Shown: piece by piece, positions 1 to 9,856 of the stretch | How positions within the stretch are numbered: position 1 is the stretch's first letter | Layout: each line of letters begins with the position of its first letter | From: Collinsella sp. | GTDB taxonomy: Bacteria > Actinomycetota > Coriobacteriia > Coriobacteriales > Coriobacteriaceae | Length of the DNA stretch: 64,000 nt | Assembly (NCBI GenBank): GCA_018376265.1 | Contig: JAHABQ010000008.1 | Location: forward strand, 119,031 to 183,030 | Direction of reading: 5' to 3' | Notes under the pieces: generated by a model | Told to the model about the DNA's origin: nothing | Seen by the model: the letters and a program-made list of their open reading frames with translations, nothing else | Databases searched by the model: none | Program-made: the position numbers and the translations under genes

Positions 1-1
1 C

Positions 2-1870
2 ATGCCCGAGACGCCAACTGTCCCCGCAGCTGCGCCGGCTCATGCCGCTCCAGCGCGCCCTGCGACCGTGGAGCCCGAGGACACGGTGTTCTCCCTGCCT
101 CTTTCGCATGTAACTCAAGAATATCCGGCACTCGTCGATGACGAGGACGCCGACACCGAGCAGCTCGATGCCCCCATCGGCGCGCACGCTGCCGAGCAGT
201 CCGCGGAACCGGAGGCAACGCCCGCACCGGCTCACTTTGCCGAGCCCGTCGCCGAGGCGATTAACGAGAGCGCTGCCGTGTTTGCAGCCCCCGAGCCTGC
301 CGCGCCGGTATTCCCCGTCGCCCCGGCAAGCGAGGCGGCACCCGCATCCGCAACGCCTGCCGAAGTCGAGCAGCCCGTTGCCGCGCCCGCCACAGCTCCC
401 GAGCCCTCCGCTCAACCCCAGAGCACGCCCGCGCCGTCGCACTTTGCGACGCCCGAGCCGACGGCTGTCGAGCCGCAGCAGGACGGCAATCCCGCCGACC
501 GCGTAACCGAAGATCTCAACCTTCCGGACGTCTCCGACGTCGAGTCGGGCAACGATGCTGACACCGTCTCCCCCGGCGACACCGCCGAGATCGATGTCGC
601 GGCCGTGGAGGCAAAGCTCAAAGATCCCGGCTCGACCATGAGCTTTGAGCCGCTGACCGACGAGCGCATCGAGACCGACTCGACCTACGACGCCGGCACC
701 ACCACGCAGCTTATGTGGGGCGCCCGCTCCGACGTCGGATGCGTACGCCCGCACAATGAGGACTCCTATCTGGTGCAGTCGCCGCTCTTTTGCGTGTGCG
801 ACGGCATGGGAGGACACGCCGCCGGCGAGGTGGCATCCTCCATCGCCGTCGAGACCATCGCCAAGACGGCGCCGCAGTCCGCCGACGCCGCGCGCCTGGC
901 CGCAGCCGTTGAGGCCGCCAACGCCGCCGTGATCGAGGCCGCCCTCAACGGCCTGGGCAAACCCGGCATGGGGTGCACGGCCACCTGTGCCTACATCGAA
1001 AACGACACGCTCGCCATCGCCCACGTGGGCGACTCGCGCGCCTACCTGCTCCACGAGGGTACGCTCATCCGCGTGACCCGCGACCACTCCTACGTGGAGG
1101 AGCTCGTGGATGCCGGCGAGATTACGGCCGACGAGGCCCGCGTCCACCCCAACCGCTCGGTCATCACCCGCGCGCTGGGCTCGGATCCCGCCATGTATGC
1201 CGACCACTTTACCCTGCACATCGAGGAAGGCGACCGCCTGATTCTGTGCTCCGACGGTCTTTCGAGCATGATTCCCGATAGCGATATCGAGAACATCGCC
1301 ACGCAGTCTTCGAGCGCACAGATCTGTGTCGACAACTTGGTGGACGCGGCGCTCGCCGCCGGCGGCCACGACAACGTGACCGTGGTGGTCGTCGATCTGG
1401 TCGACGACGGCGTCATGCGCGAGGCAAAACGCGTCCGACGCCGCAATGTCACCATCGCCTCCATCTTGGCCCTTGTCTTTGTGCTGGTAGCAGGCATCTG
1501 GGCATACACGGGCGTCACCGGCTCCTATTACTTGGGAACCTACCACGGCAATGTCGCCGTCTGGCGCGGCCTACCCGGCAAGACGCTCGGGGTCGAGCTC
1601 CACTGGCTCGAGAGCGAAACCAGCATCAAGCTGTCCGACCTGCCCGAAGACACGCAAAACCGCCTGAAGGCAGGCATTCCACAAACGAGCGTCGACGATG
1701 CGCAGGACACCATTTCCAAGTACCGCCATCAGATTGACGAGGAGCAGACCCGTCAGGTGATTGACGCGCAAACGATTCGCGACAACACCGATCAGGAATC
1801 CACATCCGAGTCAGATTCCGAGAAAACCGCCGAACAGTCAGCCGAGGCCGAAGCCTCCGATAAGAATTAG
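2..1870 (+). CDS. pstP: PP2C-family Ser/Thr protein phosphatase, membrane-anchored (PstP-like), with a roughly 230-aa Pro/Ala-rich N-terminal region. The true start may be the ATG at nt 2 or lie upstream of the window.
   Basis: PP2C motifs CVCDGMGGHAAGEVAS, LCSDGL and GGHDNVTVVVVDL. A predicted TM helix (VTIASILALVFVLVAGIWAY) is followed by an extracytoplasmic tail. It sits directly upstream of the SEDS/PBP and pknB genes, as in actinobacterial operons. Confidence 0.85.
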   Translation: MPETPTVPAAAPAHAAPARPATVEPEDTVFSLPLSHVTQEYPALVDDEDADTEQLDAPIGAHAAEQSAEPEATPAPAHFAEPVAEAINESAAVFAAPEPAAPVFPVAPASEAAPASATPAEVEQPVAAPATAPEPSAQPQSTPAPSHFATPEPTAVEPQQDGNPADRVTEDLNLPDVSDVESGNDADTVSPGDTAEIDVAAVEAKLKDPGSTMSFEPLTDERIETDSTYDAGTTTQLMWGARSDVGCVRPHNEDSYLVQSPLFCVCDGMGGHAAGEVASSIAVETIAKTAPQSADAARLAAAVEAANAAVIEAALNGLGKPGMGCTATCAYIENDTLAIAHVGDSRAYLLHEGTLIRVTRDHSYVEELVDAGEITADEARVHPNRSVITRALGSDPAMYADHFTLHIEEGDRLILCSDGLSSMIPDSDIENIATQSSSAQICVDNLVDAALAAGGHDNVTVVVVDLVDDGVMREAKRVRRRNVTIASILALVFVLVAGIWAYTGVTGSYYLGTYHGNVAVWRGLPGKTLGVELHWLESETSIKLSDLPEDTQNRLKAGIPQTSVDDAQDTISKYRHQIDEEQTRQVIDAQTIRDNTDQESTSESDSEKTAEQSAEAEASDKN

Positions 1871-1886
1871 AAAGGGAGTGCCGCTT

Positions 1887-4757
1887 ATGAGTCGCCGCAA
1901 CACCGAACTGCTCTTGCTCATCGCCTCGGCGTTCCCCGTCATCCTGCTCTATGCGATGTACGTGCTCACCGCGGGTGCCACGGTTTCCTTTGAGACGCTC
2001 GCCGTGCCGATCGGCCTGTTCGCCGCCTTCGCCGCGGCGCATATCGCCGTGCGCATCCTGGCGCCCGGCGCCGACCCCGCCATCCTACCCATCGTCTTTG
2101 TGCTCTCGGGCATCGGCATCACATTCGTGACGCGCCTGGCCCCCGACCTCGCCATCTCGCAGCTCATCATCTTGTTTGTCTCGGTGGCGCTCATGGTGGG
2201 AACGCTCGCACTGGTTAAGAACCTCGACGTGGTCATGCGCTACAAGTACACCTTTGGCATTATCGGCATCATCCTGCTGATGCTGCCGATCTTTATCGGC
2301 ACCACGATCTCGGGCTCCAAGCTGTGGATTCGCATCGCGGGCTTCACCATCCAGCCTGGCGAGTTCGCCAAGGTCTTCATCGTCTTGTTCCTGGCAGGCT
2401 ATCTGGCCGAGAACCGCGAGCTGCTCTCCATCTCCAACCGCAAGATCCTGGGCCTCAAGATTCCGTGCTTCCGCCTGCTGCTGCCGCTGTTTGCCGTGTG
2501 GGGCGTGTGCCTGCTCATCGTCGTCTTCGAACGCGACCTGGGCTCGGCCGTCCTGTTCTACACCATCTTTTTGCTGATGCTCTATGTTGCCACGGGACGT
2601 TTTTCGTACGTCATCATCGGCCTTGCGCTGCTGGCCGTTGGAGCCGTGGGCGCCTACAAGTTCCTGTCGCACGTGCAGGTGCGCTTTCAGGTCTGGGTCG
2701 ATCCGTTTAAGGACGCCCAGGGCCAGGGCTACCAGATCGTACAGTCACTTTACTCGCTGGCTGACGGTGGCCTGGTTGGCGTCGGCATCGGCAACGGCAT
2801 GGCAAACAACATCCCCGTCGTCGAGTCCGACTTTATCTTCTCGGCCATCGGCGAGGAAATGGGCCTTTTGGGCGGCGGCGCCGTGCTCATCCTGTTTATG
2901 CTTTTTGCCGTGCGTGGCCTCACCACGGCCGCCCGCGCCAAGTCCGACCTTGCCGCCTTTAGCGCGACCGGCCTTACGGCGGCCATCAGCTTCCAGGCAT
3001 TCTTAATCGTTGGCGGCGTAACCCGCCTGATCCCGCTGACTGGCGTCACCCTGCCCTTTATGAGCCAGGGCGGCTCCTCGCTGCTGGCGAGCTTTATCAT
3101 CGTCGCGCTACTGCTGCGCGCCGGCGACGAGGCAACCGGACGCGAAGCCGAGCTCACCGGCACCGGCACCATGGCCGCCATCACCGATGACCAGGTCGCA
3201 TCCGCCGTCGCCCCGACCGGTACGCGTTTTGCCAGCGCACCTTCCTACAGCCACGGCAACCACTCCGCGGGCTCTCGCATGCGTCGTCGCCTGCTCGACA
3301 CGCCAGAGTCCGGCGTGCTCGGCCGCGTGGCACTTGCCAACCGTCTGACTCGTGCCGTGTTTGCTTTCACGGCGCTGTTCGCCATCCTTATCGGCAACCT
3401 CACCTATGTCCAGGTCATCAAGGCGAAGGACTATCAGGACATGCCGACCAACAACCACACCATCGCCCGCTCCAAGTACATCCAGCGTGGCTCCATCATC
3501 ACGTCCGACGGCGTGACGCTAGCCGAGTCGTTGCAGCAGGAGGACGGCACCTACGCCCGTTCCTACCCCAACGGCAACATGGCCGCGCACGTGGTGGGCT
3601 ACGTGAGCCAGCAATACGGCACCGCCGGCATCGAGAGCGTCATGAACGATACGCTCACCGGCTCCAAGGATTACTCCAGCTGGAACAACGCCATCGCGTC
3701 GCTCGCGGGGCAGACCCAGCCGGGCAATACCGCCAAGCTCACCATCGACTCGCGCATCCAGACGGCTGCCGAGCAGGCGCTCAAGGGCTTTAAGGGCGCT
3801 GTGGTGGTCATGGATCCGCGCACCGGTGCGGTCCTTGCGTGCGCGAGCTCGCCCACCTACGACAACACCAACATCGATGCGCTGCTCCAGTCGGGCGGCG
3901 GCGAGGACGGCTCCATGTACGACCGCGCCATGGACGCGCTCTACACCCCGGGCTCGACCTTTAAGGTCGTCACACTCTCCGCGGCGCTCGAGACCGGCAC
4001 CGCCAGCCTTACCAGCACGTACCAGGCGCCCGGCTCCATGGATATTGGCAACGCGCCGGTCACCAACGATGCCAACGAGAGCTACGGCACCATCAGCCTG
4101 CAGCAGGCCTTCGCCGTGTCGTCCAACGTCGTCTTTGGCCAGGTGGCAAACGAGGTCGGCGCCAGCTCGCTCGTCCAGTTTGCCAACGCCTTTGGCTACG
4201 GTCAAAAGCTCGGCCAGGATCTGACCACCGCGGCTTCCATCATGGCCGACCCGTCGCTTATGACCGAATGGGAGACCGCTTGGGCAGGCGCCGGACAGCC
4301 CGTCGGCATGGACCACACGCCTGGCCCGCAGACCACCGTTATGCAGAATTGCGTGATCGCTGCGGCTATCGCCAACAGCGGCGTGGTCATGGACCCGTTC
4401 TTTGTGTCCCAGATACTCGCCCCGGACGGAACCGTGGTTAAGACCACGCAGTCCCGCTCGCTGGGCCAGGCTGTCAGCTCTGCCACGGCCGACCAGGTCA
4501 AGCAGGCCATGCTCGCCGTCGTCCAGTCCGGTACCGGCACCGATGCCCAGATTCCGGGCGTCAAGGTTGCCGGCAAGACCGGTTCGGCCGAGACCGGCGG
4601 CACCAACGTCAACTCTATGTTTGTTGGCTTTGCACCTTACGATTCACCCACGGTTGCCATCTCGGTGGCCCTGGAGGATTACGACAAACACGACGTCGAG
4701 GCGGCCAAGATCGCCGGCATCGTCCTGACCGCGGCGCTCGCCGCACAGGGAGCGTGA
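1887..4757 (+). CDS. Single ORF fusing a SEDS glycosyltransferase (RodA/FtsW-like, N-terminal ~460 aa) to a class B penicillin-binding transpeptidase (C-terminal ~490 aa)
   Basis: ATG at 1887 is preceded by AAAGGGAG; the track start at 1761 overlaps pstP and was rejected. SEDS motifs FTIQPGEFAKV and LPFMSQGGSSLL. PBP motifs STFK, SSN and KTGS. There is no stop between the halves, and an in-frame ATG at 3279 would give a stand-alone 492-aa PBP. Confidence 0.85.
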   Translation: MSRRNTELLLLIASAFPVILLYAMYVLTAGATVSFETLAVPIGLFAAFAAAHIAVRILAPGADPAILPIVFVLSGIGITFVTRLAPDLAISQLIILFVSVALMVGTLALVKNLDVVMRYKYTFGIIGIILLMLPIFIGTTISGSKLWIRIAGFTIQPGEFAKVFIVLFLAGYLAENRELLSISNRKILGLKIPCFRLLLPLFAVWGVCLLIVVFERDLGSAVLFYTIFLLMLYVATGRFSYVIIGLALLAVGAVGAYKFLSHVQVRFQVWVDPFKDAQGQGYQIVQSLYSLADGGLVGVGIGNGMANNIPVVESDFIFSAIGEEMGLLGGGAVLILFMLFAVRGLTTAARAKSDLAAFSATGLTAAISFQAFLIVGGVTRLIPLTGVTLPFMSQGGSSLLASFIIVALLLRAGDEATGREAELTGTGTMAAITDDQVASAVAPTGTRFASAPSYSHGNHSAGSRMRRRLLDTPESGVLGRVALANRLTRAVFAFTALFAILIGNLTYVQVIKAKDYQDMPTNNHTIARSKYIQRGSIITSDGVTLAESLQQEDGTYARSYPNGNMAAHVVGYVSQQYGTAGIESVMNDTLTGSKDYSSWNNAIASLAGQTQPGNTAKLTIDSRIQTAAEQALKGFKGAVVVMDPRTGAVLACASSPTYDNTNIDALLQSGGGEDGSMYDRAMDALYTPGSTFKVVTLSAALETGTASLTSTYQAPGSMDIGNAPVTNDANESYGTISLQQAFAVSSNVVFGQVANEVGASSLVQFANAFGYGQKLGQDLTTAASIMADPSLMTEWETAWAGAGQPVGMDHTPGPQTTVMQNCVIAAAIANSGVVMDPFFVSQILAPDGTVVKTTQSRSLGQAVSSATADQVKQAMLAVVQSGTGTDAQIPGVKVAGKTGSAETGGTNVNSMFVGFAPYDSPTVAISVALEDYDKHDVEAAKIAGIVLTAALAAQGA

Positions 4758-4889
4758 TGCCCGTGATCAAAGCGGATACTTGGGACGCGCCGCGGCCGAT
4801 GAGCTAGCGACAACGCGCCACACGGCCCCAGCGGCCATACATTTGGTACTACACACATCGTTGAGCGAATAGTTATGTTAGGAGCAGGA

Positions 4890-6851
4890 ATGGAACAGAG
4901 GGTCCTCGGGGGAAGATACCTCCTCAAGGATAAGGTGGGAACGGGCGGTATGGCGACCGTCTTCCGTGCACAGGATCAGGTCCTCGACCGCACGGTTGCC
5001 GTCAAGATCATGCTGCCGCAGTATGCCGGCGACGCCACCTTCGCCGCCCGCTTTAAGCAGGAGGCCCAGGCAGCGGCCGGCCTGTCCTCCCCCTATATCG
5101 TGGGCGTCTACGACTGGGGCAAGGATGGCGACACCTATTACATCGTCATGGAGTACCTGCGCGGTACCGACCTTAAGAGCGGCATCAAGAGCCACGGCGC
5201 CCTCGATCCCAAGAAGGTCGCGCAGATCGGCTCGCAGATCAGCTCCGCGCTTTCGGTCGCACACAAGCACGAGATTATCCACCGCGACATTAAGCCGCAA
5301 AACATCATGGTGCTGCCCGACGGCAATATCAAGGTCATGGATTTTGGCATCGCACGCGCCAAGAACAGCCACCTCACGCAGGATAACAACGTGCTGGGCA
5401 CCGCCCACTATGTAAGCCCCGAACAGACCCGCGGCCAGGACCTCGGCCCCACCTCGGATATCTACTCGCTGGGTGTCGTCATGTACGAGTGCGCCACCGG
5501 CCGCGTACCCTTTGACGGCGACGACGCCATCTCGGTCGCACTCAAGCAGGTCAACGAGTTGCCTATTCCGCCGAGCCAGATCAACTCCGGTGTCGACGCC
5601 GACCTGGAGCGCATCATCCTCAAGTGCATGGAGAAGGACCCGGCCAACCGCTTCCAGACGGCCGATGAGCTGCGCCAGGTGCTCAATAGCTACCTGTCCG
5701 GTCGAGCCGTCAACGTCTCGGAGCCCACGCGCATTATCGGTGCCGCCGGCGACCTGGGCGCTACCAAGACCCGTGAGCTGTCTGACTCCACGCGCGCTAT
5801 GGTTCGCCCCGTATCGGGCGTAAGCGGACAGACCAACCCCCGCAGCGCCGTCTCGGGTTCCACCGGTTCCTACGAGGTCGATCAGCCCAAGTCCAACAAG
5901 AACAAGATTATCGCCGCCGTAGTCGCCGCAATCGCCGTGGTTGGCGTTGTGGTGGCCTTCGCCACCGGGCTCTTTGGGGGCGAGCAGGTTACGGTGCCCG
6001 ATGTGCTTAACAAGGACCAGCAGACCGCTATCGAGCTGATCAAGGAGGCCGGCCTTGAGGTCGGAACTGTCGACCAGAGCTATAACGACGATGTCGACGA
6101 GGGCAAGGTTGCCGAGCAGACCCCCAACGGCAACACTAAGAAGCCCAAGGGCTCCAAGGTGAACCTGGTGATCTCCAAGGGCCCCAAGCCCTCCGAGAAA
6201 GTTGAGGTTCCGCAGCTCGTCGGCCTGACCAAGGACCAGGCCGAGGCCGCGCTGGCAAGCGTGGGCCTGAAGGGCAACGCAACCGAGGAGGCCAACGAGG
6301 CCGACGAAGGCCAGGTCTTTGAGCAGGGCACTGATGCCGGCAAGGAAGTCGAGAAGGGCACGACCATCTCGTATAAGGTCTCCAGCGGTCCTGACACCAC
6401 CTCCGTCCCCGATCTGACCGACATGACCGAGGCCCAGGCACGCAACGCTCTCGACATGGCTGGCTTTGGCGTCGACGTGAGCTACCAGGAAAACGACTCG
6501 GTTACCGAGGGCACCGTAATTAGCTGGAACCCTAGCGGCAAGCAGAAGCCCGGTGCCACGATCACCGTCGTCATCGCCAAGAAGTCCGGCAAGGCCAGCG
6601 TCCCGGGTAACCTGTACGGCAAGAGCATCTCCGCCGCCGTCACCGCGCTCAACAACGCCGGTTTCTATAACATTGGCTTCTGTGACCAGAACGGCAATCC
6701 CGTAAGCGGTAACGAGGATGCCACCGTTACGGGCGTCTCCCCCACTGGAAAGCAGTCCACCGACAGCACGATTACGCTGACGGTCGCACTTTCTGGTTCG
6801 GGCTCGGGCTCGGGCACGAGCACGGGCGACGATTCCGGTACGACCAACTAG
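4890..6851 (+). CDS. pknB: Ser/Thr protein kinase with one TM segment and four extracellular PASTA repeats
   Basis: Kinase motifs HRDIKPQN, DFGIA and SPEQ. Four repeats begin VPDV/VPQL/VPDL/VPGN. GGAG lies 5 nt upstream of the ATG at 4890; an alternative ATG is at 4875. Confidence 0.9.
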   Translation: MEQRVLGGRYLLKDKVGTGGMATVFRAQDQVLDRTVAVKIMLPQYAGDATFAARFKQEAQAAAGLSSPYIVGVYDWGKDGDTYYIVMEYLRGTDLKSGIKSHGALDPKKVAQIGSQISSALSVAHKHEIIHRDIKPQNIMVLPDGNIKVMDFGIARAKNSHLTQDNNVLGTAHYVSPEQTRGQDLGPTSDIYSLGVVMYECATGRVPFDGDDAISVALKQVNELPIPPSQINSGVDADLERIILKCMEKDPANRFQTADELRQVLNSYLSGRAVNVSEPTRIIGAAGDLGATKTRELSDSTRAMVRPVSGVSGQTNPRSAVSGSTGSYEVDQPKSNKNKIIAAVVAAIAVVGVVVAFATGLFGGEQVTVPDVLNKDQQTAIELIKEAGLEVGTVDQSYNDDVDEGKVAEQTPNGNTKKPKGSKVNLVISKGPKPSEKVEVPQLVGLTKDQAEAALASVGLKGNATEEANEADEGQVFEQGTDAGKEVEKGTTISYKVSSGPDTTSVPDLTDMTEAQARNALDMAGFGVDVSYQENDSVTEGTVISWNPSGKQKPGATITVVIAKKSGKASVPGNLYGKSISAAVTALNNAGFYNIGFCDQNGNPVSGNEDATVTGVSPTGKQSTDSTITLTVALSGSGSGSGTSTGDDSGTTN

Positions 6852-6902
6852 TCGCCACCCCACCGCTCATCGCGGCTTTCGCCGCAAACATATTCGCTCA
6901 GA

Positions 6903-6940
6903 AGCGCCCGCTTGCTCCCCGGCAAGCGGGCGCTTTGTTT
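6903..6940 (+). terminator. Rho-independent terminator after pknB
   Basis: A 13-bp perfect stem AGCGCCCGCTTGC / GCAAGCGGGCGCT is followed by TTGTTT. Confidence 0.7.
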
Positions 6941-7028
6941 ATCGACAGGCCAGGGCTCCATAGCAACACAAAGAGGCCCGCAAAAACAAGCCTCCCAGGT
7001 GACAACAGAATATGTAATGCAGTAATTA

Positions 7029-7226
7029 CTAGCCGCAGAACTTCACCATGGTCTCGACCACGAGCTTCTCGGAGTTGAGCTGCTGTATCATGATGCCCTG
7101 CTGGAACAGCGGGATGTTGACGCGCGTGCGCTCCGGATCGGAGTGCTCGACGAACTCCTTCTTATCCAAGGTGCAGACCGAGCGCGACAAAACGACTTCG
7201 AAGCGACCCATTACGGCATCGCGCAT
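7029..7226 (-). CDS. Small hypothetical protein (up to 65 aa), function unknown
   Basis: The ORF has protein-like composition and is divergent from the LacI-family gene. No clear RBS and no recognisable motif. Confidence 0.3.
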   Translation of the reverse strand: MRDAVMGRFEVVLSRSVCTLDKKEFVEHSDPERTRVNIPLFQQGIMIQQLNSEKLVVETMVKFCG

Positions 7227-7239
7227 GCGCTACAATCTC

Positions 7240-7255
7240 GGTTAATCTGTTAACC
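7240..7255. promoter_or_regulatory. Operator-like dyad GGTTAATCTGTTAACC in the divergent promoter region
   Basis: Inverted half-sites GGTTAA / TTAACC. The sequence is related to the ATTAATCGTTTAACC copies at 9634 and 9668. Confidence 0.35.
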
Positions 7256-7278
7256 ACCCGAAAGCAGCAGGAGGCCCC

Positions 7279-8289
7279 ATGCCCACACCAGGCAAGCGCC
7301 CATCCATGCGCCAGATTGCCGTCGCGGCCGGCGTATCCGTCGCCACGGTCTCCCACGTCATCAACGGCAGCGGCCGTTTTTCCGAAGACACCCGCAAACG
7401 CGTGGAAGCCGCCCTAAAGGAATACGGCTACGTCACGAACATGGCGGCGAAGAGCCTCCGTATGGCCCAGTCCCGGACCATCGGCATGATCGTGCCGGAC
7501 ATCTCCAACGACTTCTTTTCCAAGATCGCCCTGCATGTGGAGCGCGAGCTGGCAACCGAGGACTACTCGGTCTTTGTTTGCAACAGCGCCAATGACCCCG
7601 CCCGCGAGCGTGACTACTTCCGCACGCTGGCAAGCAAGCAGGCCGACGGTATCATCTGTATCTCCGGCCTGCGCAGGCTCGACGGCGAGTTCGTCCCCCA
7701 CGGAATCCCCGTGGTCTGCATCGACCGTGCGCCCGAAAACGACCTCGGTTTCCCACACGTGGGCTCCGACAACATCGGCGGTGGCTACATGGCGACCGAG
7801 CACCTCATCGAGCGCGGCTGCAAGGACATCCTGAGCATCTCGAGTTTTACCGCCAACTACCCCGGCAACGAGCGCCAGATGGGCTACGAGCGGGCGCTCG
7901 CCGCGCACGGAATGCCGCTACGCCGCGACTACCAGCTGTTTGTCTCGGGTAAGCAGCCGAGCATCATCGAGTCGGAAGAGCTCGTGACCGACTTCCTCTC
8001 CACGGGCTACCCCGTCGACGGCGTCTTCGCCCATAGCGACCACGCAGCCGTGGGCGCGCTGCGTGCGCTCGTTGCCGCCGGCAAGCGCGTACCCGAAGAC
8101 GTCCGTCTCATCGGCTTCGACGATTCCGTTTACGCGCAGCTTCCGACGCCGCAAATCAGCACCATCCGCCGCTTCCCCGAGCGCCTCGCGCACGAGGGAT
8201 GTCAGGCCCTGCTCGCCCTGCTGCGCGGCGAAGAGCCCGAGATGGAGACGCTTGTCCCCGTTAAGCTCGTGCAACGCGCGAGCAGCTAG
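7279..8289 (+). CDS. LacI-family transcriptional regulator
   Basis: N-terminal HTH MRQIAVAAGVSVATVSHVINGS plus a periplasmic-binding-fold C-terminal domain. AGGAGG lies 5 nt upstream of the ATG. Confidence 0.9.
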   Translation: MPTPGKRPSMRQIAVAAGVSVATVSHVINGSGRFSEDTRKRVEAALKEYGYVTNMAAKSLRMAQSRTIGMIVPDISNDFFSKIALHVERELATEDYSVFVCNSANDPARERDYFRTLASKQADGIICISGLRRLDGEFVPHGIPVVCIDRAPENDLGFPHVGSDNIGGGYMATEHLIERGCKDILSISSFTANYPGNERQMGYERALAAHGMPLRRDYQLFVSGKQPSIIESEELVTDFLSTGYPVDGVFAHSDHAAVGALRALVAAGKRVPEDVRLIGFDDSVYAQLPTPQISTIRRFPERLAHEGCQALLALLRGEEPEMETLVPVKLVQRASS

Positions 8290-8351
8290 ACAGCGGGCAG
8301 CGAATAGCCGCGTTTTTCTCTCGCATGTGCTCTATCCCACGCGCGACATGC

Positions 8352-8385
8352 AAAAAGCCCGCCACCACACGGGTGACGGGCTTTT
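8352..8385. terminator. Bidirectional hairpin terminator between the LacI-family gene and rpiB
   Basis: AAAAAGCCCGCCACC...GGGTGACGGGCTTTT, with an A-tract on one side and a T-tract on the other. Confidence 0.55.
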
Positions 8386-8388
8386 CCG

Positions 8389-8865
8389 CTACCAGCCGCG
8401 TGCTTCCTCCGCACGTACGAGCTGACGAGCCTCGATCTGGCGAATCATATCGATGCGTCGCTGGTGACGGCCGCCCTCGAACTCGCCGGTGAGCCAGGCG
8501 TCGACAATCATTTTGGCCAGCTCGATGCCTACCACACGAGCACCAAATGCGAGCATGTTGGTGTTGTTGTGCTCGCGCGACAGGCGAGCGGAATACGGCT
8601 CAGAGCAGGTGCAGCAACGGATACCGCGCACCTTGTTGGCGGCAAGCGAGATGCCCACACCCGTACCGCAGATAACGATACCGCGATCAACCTCGCCGGA
8701 CATGACAGCGTCCGCCACGGCCTCACCCGCGATGGGATAGTCAAAGCGCTCGGTGCTGTCCGTACCGAAGTTCACGACTTCGTAGCCGTACTTCTCCTGG
8801 ATATACGCCGTGATGGCTTCCTTGTACTCGACTGCGACGTGGTCGTTTCCAATACCGATCTTCAA
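8389..8865 (-). CDS. rpiB: Ribose-5-phosphate isomerase B / LacAB-family sugar-phosphate isomerase (TTG start)
   Basis: KIGIGNDHVAVEYK and CGTGVGISLAANK motifs with the typical ~150-aa length. GAAAGGGG lies upstream of the TTG. Confidence 0.85.
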   Translation of the reverse strand: MKIGIGNDHVAVEYKEAITAYIQEKYGYEVVNFGTDSTERFDYPIAGEAVADAVMSGEVDRGIVICGTGVGISLAANKVRGIRCCTCSEPYSARLSREHNNTNMLAFGARVVGIELAKMIVDAWLTGEFEGGRHQRRIDMIRQIEARQLVRAEEARGW

Positions 8866-8937
8866 AAGAGACCCCTTTCCATAAGAACCATTCGCGCATG
8901 CCGCGCGCTCAATCCGTCCTAATTCGCCGTTCCGCTT

Positions 8938-9591
8938 CTAATACACCTCGCCGGCGCGCAAACGGCGCAGACACTCCTCGTAACCAGCGTCCTTGCCAAA
9001 CAGCGCACTGGTGCCCAGGATAAATCCGTCCGCGCCAATGGCGGACAGGTCGCGCACGCGCTCGGGCGAGCAGGCGCCGTCGATCATGAGCTTGAAGCCA
9101 AAGCGCTCCTTCAGCGCGGCAAGGCGACGCACCTTGTCGTTCGTGAACTCGATAAAGCTCTGACCGGCAAAACCCGGATTCACCGTCATGACCATCACGT
9201 AATCGCAGAGGTTCAACATCTCCTCGATCTCGGAGATAGAGGTGTCGGGGTTCACGGCGATACCGGCGCTCTTGCCGAGGGACTTAATCGCGGCGAGTGT
9301 CTTGACCACGTAACGCTCGGACTCCGGATGGATATAGATGATGTCCGCGCCGGCGGAGGCGAAAAGTTCAACCTTGCTGGCAGGATTCTCGACCATAAGG
9401 TGCACGTCGACGAGCTTGTTGGTGGCAGCTCGCACGGCCTTGATGTCTTCGAGACCCATGGCGAAATTGGGAACGAAACTGCCGTCCATCACGTCGCAAT
9501 GGAAGATGTCGATGCCGGCGGCGTCGAGATCCTCGACGGTCGCACGCAGATTGCCGTAGTCGGCGCACATGAGACTGGGGCAGAGCAGCAT
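8938..9591 (-). CDS. Ribulose-phosphate 3-epimerase family enzyme (Rpe/AlsE-like)
   Basis: Motifs CADYGNL, HCDVMDGSFVPN and MTVNPGFAGQ. AAGGAG lies 6 nt upstream of the ATG. Confidence 0.85.
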   Translation of the reverse strand: MLLCPSLMCADYGNLRATVEDLDAAGIDIFHCDVMDGSFVPNFAMGLEDIKAVRAATNKLVDVHLMVENPASKVELFASAGADIIYIHPESERYVVKTLAAIKSLGKSAGIAVNPDTSISEIEEMLNLCDYVMVMTVNPGFAGQSFIEFTNDKVRRLAALKERFGFKLMIDGACSPERVRDLSAIGADGFILGTSALFGKDAGYEECLRRLRAGEVY

Positions 9592-9633
9592 AGTGAACTC
9601 CTTATCTGCTCGGTGATTATCTACTCGGTGGTA

Positions 9634-9694
9634 ATTAATCGTTTAACCTTTATCTACAGTCTGGCTGATTAATCGTTTAACCACGTTGTTAACC
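9634..9694. promoter_or_regulatory. Two direct copies of ATTAATCGTTTAACC (9634-9648, 9668-9682) plus GTTGTTAACC, upstream of the epimerase-isomerase pair
   Basis: An exact 15-bp direct repeat sits 40-100 bp upstream of the start at 9591. It is similar to the dyad at 7240. Confidence 0.4.
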
Positions 9695-9856
9695 TGCAGG
9701 CTTTTCCAGATTCACAACGTTGCCATATTTGCCTATCTAGCTGGTATCATGCAGGAGCCCGCACCACGAAACGCTGTCGTATTCCCTAGGAAGAAATCCC
9801 GCTACGCGGACAGCAGCAGCCAGGGGCCGCAATCCGCAGACCTGAGCCCGGACCCC

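Noticed and set aside
4878-6863. 661-aa ORF antisense to pknB. Similar long antisense ORFs occur at 11278-12507, 29010-30947, 31962-33209, 35001-36299, 40038-42197, 44978-46825 and 50495-52045.
   Set aside because: Each mirrors a well-supported conserved gene on the other strand. Their products are Arg/Gly/His/Asp/Val-rich low-complexity strings, typical of stop-poor antisense frames in high-GC DNA.
7048-7245. Plus-strand 65-aa ORF overlapping the small minus-strand ORF at 7029-7226
   Set aside because: Its composition is Ser/Cys/Thr-rich and there is no RBS. The minus-strand ORF is the more protein-like of the two, though itself low confidence.
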